Below, in pieces: positions 35,842 to 40,000 of a stretch of 40,000 bases of DNA (position 1 is its first letter; each line of letters starts with the position of its first letter). The notes beneath the pieces were generated by a model, which was given only the letters and a program-made list of their open reading frames with translations, was not told where the DNA came from and ran no database searches. The translations under genes were made by a program, and so were the position numbers. Source of the DNA: Enterobacter sp. TMH.L2 (GTDB lineage Bacteria; Pseudomonadota; Gammaproteobacteria; Enterobacterales; Enterobacteriaceae); the NCBI GenBank assembly GCA_050847315.1, contig CP193791.1; one strand, given 5' to 3'.

Positions 35842-36819
35842 TCAGCGGCTACCAAACAGGTCAGCAAAGCGCTTTTTGTTGGCGTCGGTGTCCGCCAGCG
35901 CTTTGGCGGCATCAAACGGCATGATTTTGATGCTGTCGCGCGGCGGGAAACCCTGCGGCACCGGCAGGCTGGCATCGGCAGGCAGATAGCCCTGTTTCAG
36001 CACCAGCTCCTGCCCCGCTTTGGAGAGCACGAAGTCAATAAACGCTTTTGCCGCTTCGGGATTTTTAGCGCCCTTCATCATCGCCACAGGCTCGGTGACA
36101 ATGCTCACGCCCTCGGTCGGGAAGGCAAACTCAATCGGCGCGCCTTTGGCTTTCTCACGGATCGCCATGTAATCGACCAGCACGCCGTAAGCTTTGCTGC
36201 CGGAGGCAATGGCGTTCATTACCGCGCCGTTGCCGCTCTGCGGCATCGCCCCGTTAGCCTTCAGTTTTTCGTAGTAATCCCAGCCCAGCGTCGGCGCGCC
36301 CATGATCGCGGCCTGGTGGATCTGCGCCGCACCGGAGTAAAGCGGGCTTGGCAGCGTGGTCATGTTCTTCAGCTCGGGCTTGAGCAAATCGAGCCATGAA
36401 GTGGGCTTGACCGGGGCTTTGCTGTGGTAAGCAATGCCGGTGGTAATCAGTTTGGTACCGTAGTAATAACCATCTTTGTCATAGAGCTGAGCATCGAAGC
36501 GCGCCGCTTCCGGCGATTTGTAGGCCGCCAGCAGGTTTTGCTGCTTGAGGGATTCCATGGTCACGCTGTCGGCAATCAGCAGCACGTCCGGCGCTGCGCC
36601 CCCGGCCGCCATTTCCGCCTGTAAACGGGCGGTCAGCTTGCTGGTGCCGTCGCGGATCCATTTCACTTCGATGTCCGGGTTCGCTTTTTCGAAGGCGCTG
36701 ACGGTGGTCTGCGCATCTTCATTGGGCTGGCTGGTGTAAAGCGTTAAGGTGGATTTTGCCAGAGCAGAAGCACTCATTGCCGCCAGCATCACCGTCAACA
36801 ACACATGTTTTTTCATCAT
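35842..36819 (-). CDS. Periplasmic substrate-binding protein, Fe3+ (FbpA/AfuA)-type family 1 SBP
   Basis: The homology-consistent start MMKKHVLLTVMLAAMSASALA gives a signal peptide. LTLYTSQPNEDA... is typical of iron(III)-type SBPs. The track ORF start at 36918 is upstream of the signal peptide. Confidence 0.85.
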   Translation of the reverse strand: MMKKHVLLTVMLAAMSASALAKSTLTLYTSQPNEDAQTTVSAFEKANPDIEVKWIRDGTSKLTARLQAEMAAGGAAPDVLLIADSVTMESLKQQNLLAAYKSPEAARFDAQLYDKDGYYYGTKLITTGIAYHSKAPVKPTSWLDLLKPELKNMTTLPSPLYSGAAQIHQAAIMGAPTLGWDYYEKLKANGAMPQSGNGAVMNAIASGSKAYGVLVDYMAIREKAKGAPIEFAFPTEGVSIVTEPVAMMKGAKNPEAAKAFIDFVLSKAGQELVLKQGYLPADASLPVPQGFPPRDSIKIMPFDAAKALADTDANKKRFADLFGSR

Positions 36820-37319
36820 TTTATGTCCCTTTTTTCCGTTGCGACGATTAAACCAGCCGAATCTGACAAGAGTATGACCGAAGCCGGACTGGCACCGCAG
36901 CTGGCTGGCCTGAGGCACGTTAAGCGTAGCGCTTAATAGCCCTAACAGGAGGAAAACATTATTAATCCCGGTAAATAACGGACTGTTTTTGATTGGTCAC
37001 ATATTGCCTTAAATTAAATTAACAGCATCAACCTTGTTATTTTAAAAAATAAAAAATCAACACATTATATATTACGCGAGCATGATGTTTTATATCAACC
37101 AAATAACAAATAAGCCAAAACCTGCATCAGACACATATAAAAATCATGTGCATTTATCTGGTTGCTATAATCATCGGGTGTTTGGCAAAGCGTTAAACAC
37201 AGCAAGTAACATATTGCATATATTTATTTTATTTACCCCCGGTCAAATAAATATATTATATGGAATATTCCGTTTTTATTTGACACACAGCATAAACATC
37301 CATTGTGGAGAACGTTGTT

Positions 37320-38171
37320 ATGTTCAATGAAAAAGCGATCGACGCGGCAGAAGCGTACTTTAGTCAAATCCACGGCTTGAAAGGGGCTGAACTCCTGAGT
37401 GACAAACCCCCGCTCGTTCCCGGCCTGTCTCAGGATGGCGCCGTACAATATCAAACGTATCAATTCAATGATGCCCCCGCTAATTTAAAAAAACAGGTGG
37501 AGGCTGGCCGCGTATTAATGGAACGCTTCGTCGGCGTTGCCAGCGCAGCGGTAAATAAAAAAGCCCCTAACAGTGCCGATAAATATAATTATAAAGAGTG
37601 GAAAGAAGTCACCCAGCAGCTGCTAAACGCCTTCTTTACCGATCCGGTTTCAGGCGATAAAAGCCTGGACACGTCGGTCAAAGGAATTGAAATAGCCAAA
37701 ACGGTGATTGAATTTGCCTGCAGCGTTATCGCGGGGAATGTTTCTGCTTTTGCTGCCTTCCTGAAAGGCTTTGGCGACGGGCTTAGCGCAGAAATGAATA
37801 AGACCACCGCCGACTACAATTACCTGTATGCTTACTCCACTCACGATTTATTCAAAGACAACAGTGGCAATATTTTCTATAAGCCCAGTTTCCTGGTCTA
37901 CGGCACCTATTTCAGCCAGGCGCAAAAGAAAATAGCCACTTCATGCGGCTCTTACAATGAGGTGAACCTCAAGTTCGGGGTCAATACCGTAGGCGGTACC
38001 TTCAAAATTGAAGAGTACTTTAGCAACCCCACCTTCAAGAAACGGGTCGATGATTTCCTCGATAAATATGAAGGGAAAGCCATCGATGAGACCGACTCCT
38101 ACTTCGACGGTATCTTTAATGATTCCTCCCCGGCAAAAGATTACCAGTTCAAAAAGGAGCATGCCTATTAG
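37320..38171 (+). CDS. Orphan hypothetical protein (283 aa) behind a ~400-bp extremely AT-rich upstream region
   Basis: GGAGAA RBS 7 nt before the ATG at 37320. No signal peptide and no recognised motif. The flanking DNA (36920-37300) is far more AT-rich than the surrounding chromosome. Confidence 0.65.
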   Translation: MFNEKAIDAAEAYFSQIHGLKGAELLSDKPPLVPGLSQDGAVQYQTYQFNDAPANLKKQVEAGRVLMERFVGVASAAVNKKAPNSADKYNYKEWKEVTQQLLNAFFTDPVSGDKSLDTSVKGIEIAKTVIEFACSVIAGNVSAFAAFLKGFGDGLSAEMNKTTADYNYLYAYSTHDLFKDNSGNIFYKPSFLVYGTYFSQAQKKIATSCGSYNEVNLKFGVNTVGGTFKIEEYFSNPTFKKRVDDFLDKYEGKAIDETDSYFDGIFNDSSPAKDYQFKKEHAY

Positions 38172-38538
38172 CCTGATTGCTTCCGGCCGTAGGATGGCCG
38201 GGCATAATACTGTGAGCAAGCCTGGCTGACTCTTGAAGGGGGTGGGCACCTGCTTAACGTCTCCGCCCTGGAAGGGTTACATTGTGGTTAGCCCCCGTCT
38301 GGTGTAAGCCACCCCATTCGGGGGCTAATACTTTTCTAATGCAGTTTATTGAAAAAATTGAGGGGCACGGCAGTTGAAAAGATAAGTGCCATATGAGTAT
38401 GCCCAGCCCCGGACAAGAAGAAGCTTCAGGCTGGCGGGAGAAGCCCCCTATCTGGCCACCCGAGGATAAAAGATGGCAATCTGATTAGCGCCTGCCCATA
38501 CTTGGGTGAACGTTAATAGGGACATTGAGCGCCATCCC

Positions 38539-40000
38539 ATGAGCAAATCGCTGCATACCTTCCTCCTCTCCTGCCTGTTATTTGTCGGCCTGTTTCTGAC
38601 GGCCCAAAGCAGCCTGGCGGCCCCGACCGAAGACCAGGAGCCCAGCCTGAAAGAGATTGCCGGGCAGCTAAAGCAATACAAGACGCAGATAGACAACATT
38701 AAGCAGCAGGTGTCGCAGACCAACACCGACAGCCGGCTGATTAAGCTGTTCGACACCACGCAAAAGCTCGGCGTGGAGGTGGATAGCCTGACCGCGCTGC
38801 TGCAGCCGATGCACGACAAAGTGCAGGCTCAGCTGCAGGTGCTGGGGCCTGCCCCGGAGACCGCTGCGGGGAATGAAACCGCCAGCGTGTCCCGGCAGCG
38901 CAACGCGCTGAACAGCGACAAAAAGCAGATTGATGAGGCCATCAGCACCTCGCAAAACCTGCAAACCAACATCCGGGCGCTGGGTATCCAGATAAACGAT
39001 CTCCGACGCACCTATTTTAAATCCCAGCTGGCGTCGAACAGCGGGAGCATGTTGAGCGCCACCTTCTGGCTGCAGGAAGCTGACACCCAGGCCGTGGATA
39101 TCCAGCGCTTCAATGCCTTTGGCGAGCAGCTGCTGGAAACCTGGCAGGCGGCGTGGGAACCCGAGTTGTTCTGGGGCACCTTCTGGCTGTTCGTGGCTGC
39201 CGCCGCGATAGTGTTGGCTGGCTGCTACCTGATTGAGCGGCTGCTGGTCTGGATCGCCATCACCTGGTTGCCGGATGGTCGCCTGCGCCGCAGCTTCAAT
39301 ACGCTGGCCAGCACGTTAGTGACCATGTTTACTATCGCGCTGGCACTTTCCATTGTGAAAAGCGCCTTTTCCCGGGGGACGGAGTTCTCTCCCCAGGTGA
39401 ACGATTTTGTCGACGGCTTTGTGCAGCTGGCCGTGTTCTGCTCATTGATTTATGGCGCTGGCCGCGCGTTTCTTTCCCTGAACCGCCCTTCATGGCGGCT
39501 CGTACAACTCGACGACAGCGTGGCCGAAAGCGTGCGTTACTTTCCACCGCTGCTGGCCATTCTCGGCCTGCTCATTGGCTGCCTCGACCTGATTAATAAT
39601 ACGATTGGCGCCAGTCTCGGCACCACGATCCGCGCCAACGGGCTGATTGCTGCCGTTATGGCCAGCGTGCTGCTGACCATGATGCTGCGCGTGCAGCACG
39701 CCCACCGGCGGCTGGAAAAAAATGGCGAGCCTGCCGAGAAGAGCTCCCGGATCGACGCCTTAGTCTGCCTGCTGGTCATGCTCGCTTCGCTGGCGATTCT
39801 GGCTTCGCTGCTTGTCGGCTACATCGCCTTCGCACGCTACCTGACTTACCAGGTCATCTGGTTCGGCATGGTGCTGGTGGCGTTTTATTATCTGGTGACC
39901 TTCGCCACCGACTTTTTCGCCGCCGTGTTTTCACCGCACACCGCCCCCGGCCAGGCAATGAAAAAGTCGCTGCGGTTTAAAGACCGGCACCTTGAACAGC
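38539..40000 (+). CDS. Mechanosensitive channel family protein (MscK/YbiO-like: signal peptide, periplasmic coiled-coil domain, multi-TM region); partial
   Basis: Not in the ORF track because it has no stop in the window. Manual translation gives MSKSLHTFLLSCLLFVGLFLTAQSSLAAPTEDQ..., a Gln-rich coiled-coil region, then several TM helices (FWLFVAAAAIVLAGCYLI, LVTMFTIALALSIV, ...). The frame is open to the window end. Confidence 0.7.
   Translation, partial: MSKSLHTFLLSCLLFVGLFLTAQSSLAAPTEDQEPSLKEIAGQLKQYKTQIDNIKQQVSQTNTDSRLIKLFDTTQKLGVEVDSLTALLQPMHDKVQAQLQVLGPAPETAAGNETASVSRQRNALNSDKKQIDEAISTSQNLQTNIRALGIQINDLRRTYFKSQLASNSGSMLSATFWLQEADTQAVDIQRFNAFGEQLLETWQAAWEPELFWGTFWLFVAAAAIVLAGCYLIERLLVWIAITWLPDGRLRRSFNTLASTLVTMFTIALALSIVKSAFSRGTEFSPQVNDFVDGFVQLAVFCSLIYGAGRAFLSLNRPSWRLVQLDDSVAESVRYFPPLLAILGLLIGCLDLINNTIGASLGTTIRANGLIAAVMASVLLTMMLRVQHAHRRLEKNGEPAEKSSRIDALVCLLVMLASLAILASLLVGYIAFARYLTYQVIWFGMVLVAFYYLVTFATDFFAAVFSPHTAPGQAMKKSLRFKDRHLEQ

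Overview
The window has two parts. Part 1 (about 1-23400) is the int-proximal ~23.4 kb of a lambda-like prophage; its tail end lies beyond the left edge. Minus-strand modules, right to left: Cro-like / YdaT-like / DUF1376 initiator / lambda-P-like replication genes, a nin-like region (LexA-DBD protein, RusA, DUF968, Q), lysis (holin, SAR endolysin, Rz/Rz1), a lambda-like cos site, then Nu1-like TerS, gpA TerL, gpW, portal and a ClpP-capsid fusion. A CI-like repressor and an early-left operon (Rrf2 regulator, DEDDh exonuclease, Xis, Int) run on the plus strand. The prophage sits at the 3' end of icd, the site used by e14 and phage 21. Part 2 (23409-40000) is conserved enterobacterial chromosome: icd, rluE, a DUF1311 periplasmic protein, nudJ, mnmA, hflD, purB, phoPQ, roxA/ycfD, an Fe3+-type ABC transporter, an AT-rich orphan gene and a partial MscS-family channel. 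The prophage carries several visibly AT-rich cargo loci, listed here with the other main leads. (1) A reverse-oriented cassette between Q and the lysis genes encodes a proteasome-beta-like Ntn-hydrolase protein plus a 47-aa ORF; this is the best candidate for an undescribed system. (2) A diverged RexA/RexB-like pair lies between int and the att/icd junction. (3) A lone Zn-ribbon plus DUF4145-like gene lies between the replication and nin regions. (4) A TTG-initiated 126-aa moron lies next to cos. (5) A canonical LexA SOS box sits in front of an operon encoding a 97-aa protein and a LexA DNA-binding-domain-only protein, while the CI-like repressor lacks a cleavage domain; this suggests antirepressor-type induction. 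(6) A 21-23 bp intergenic repeat occurs four times, always in the same orientation relative to transcription. All homology statements come from reading the translations and from remembered reference sequences. No searches were run.
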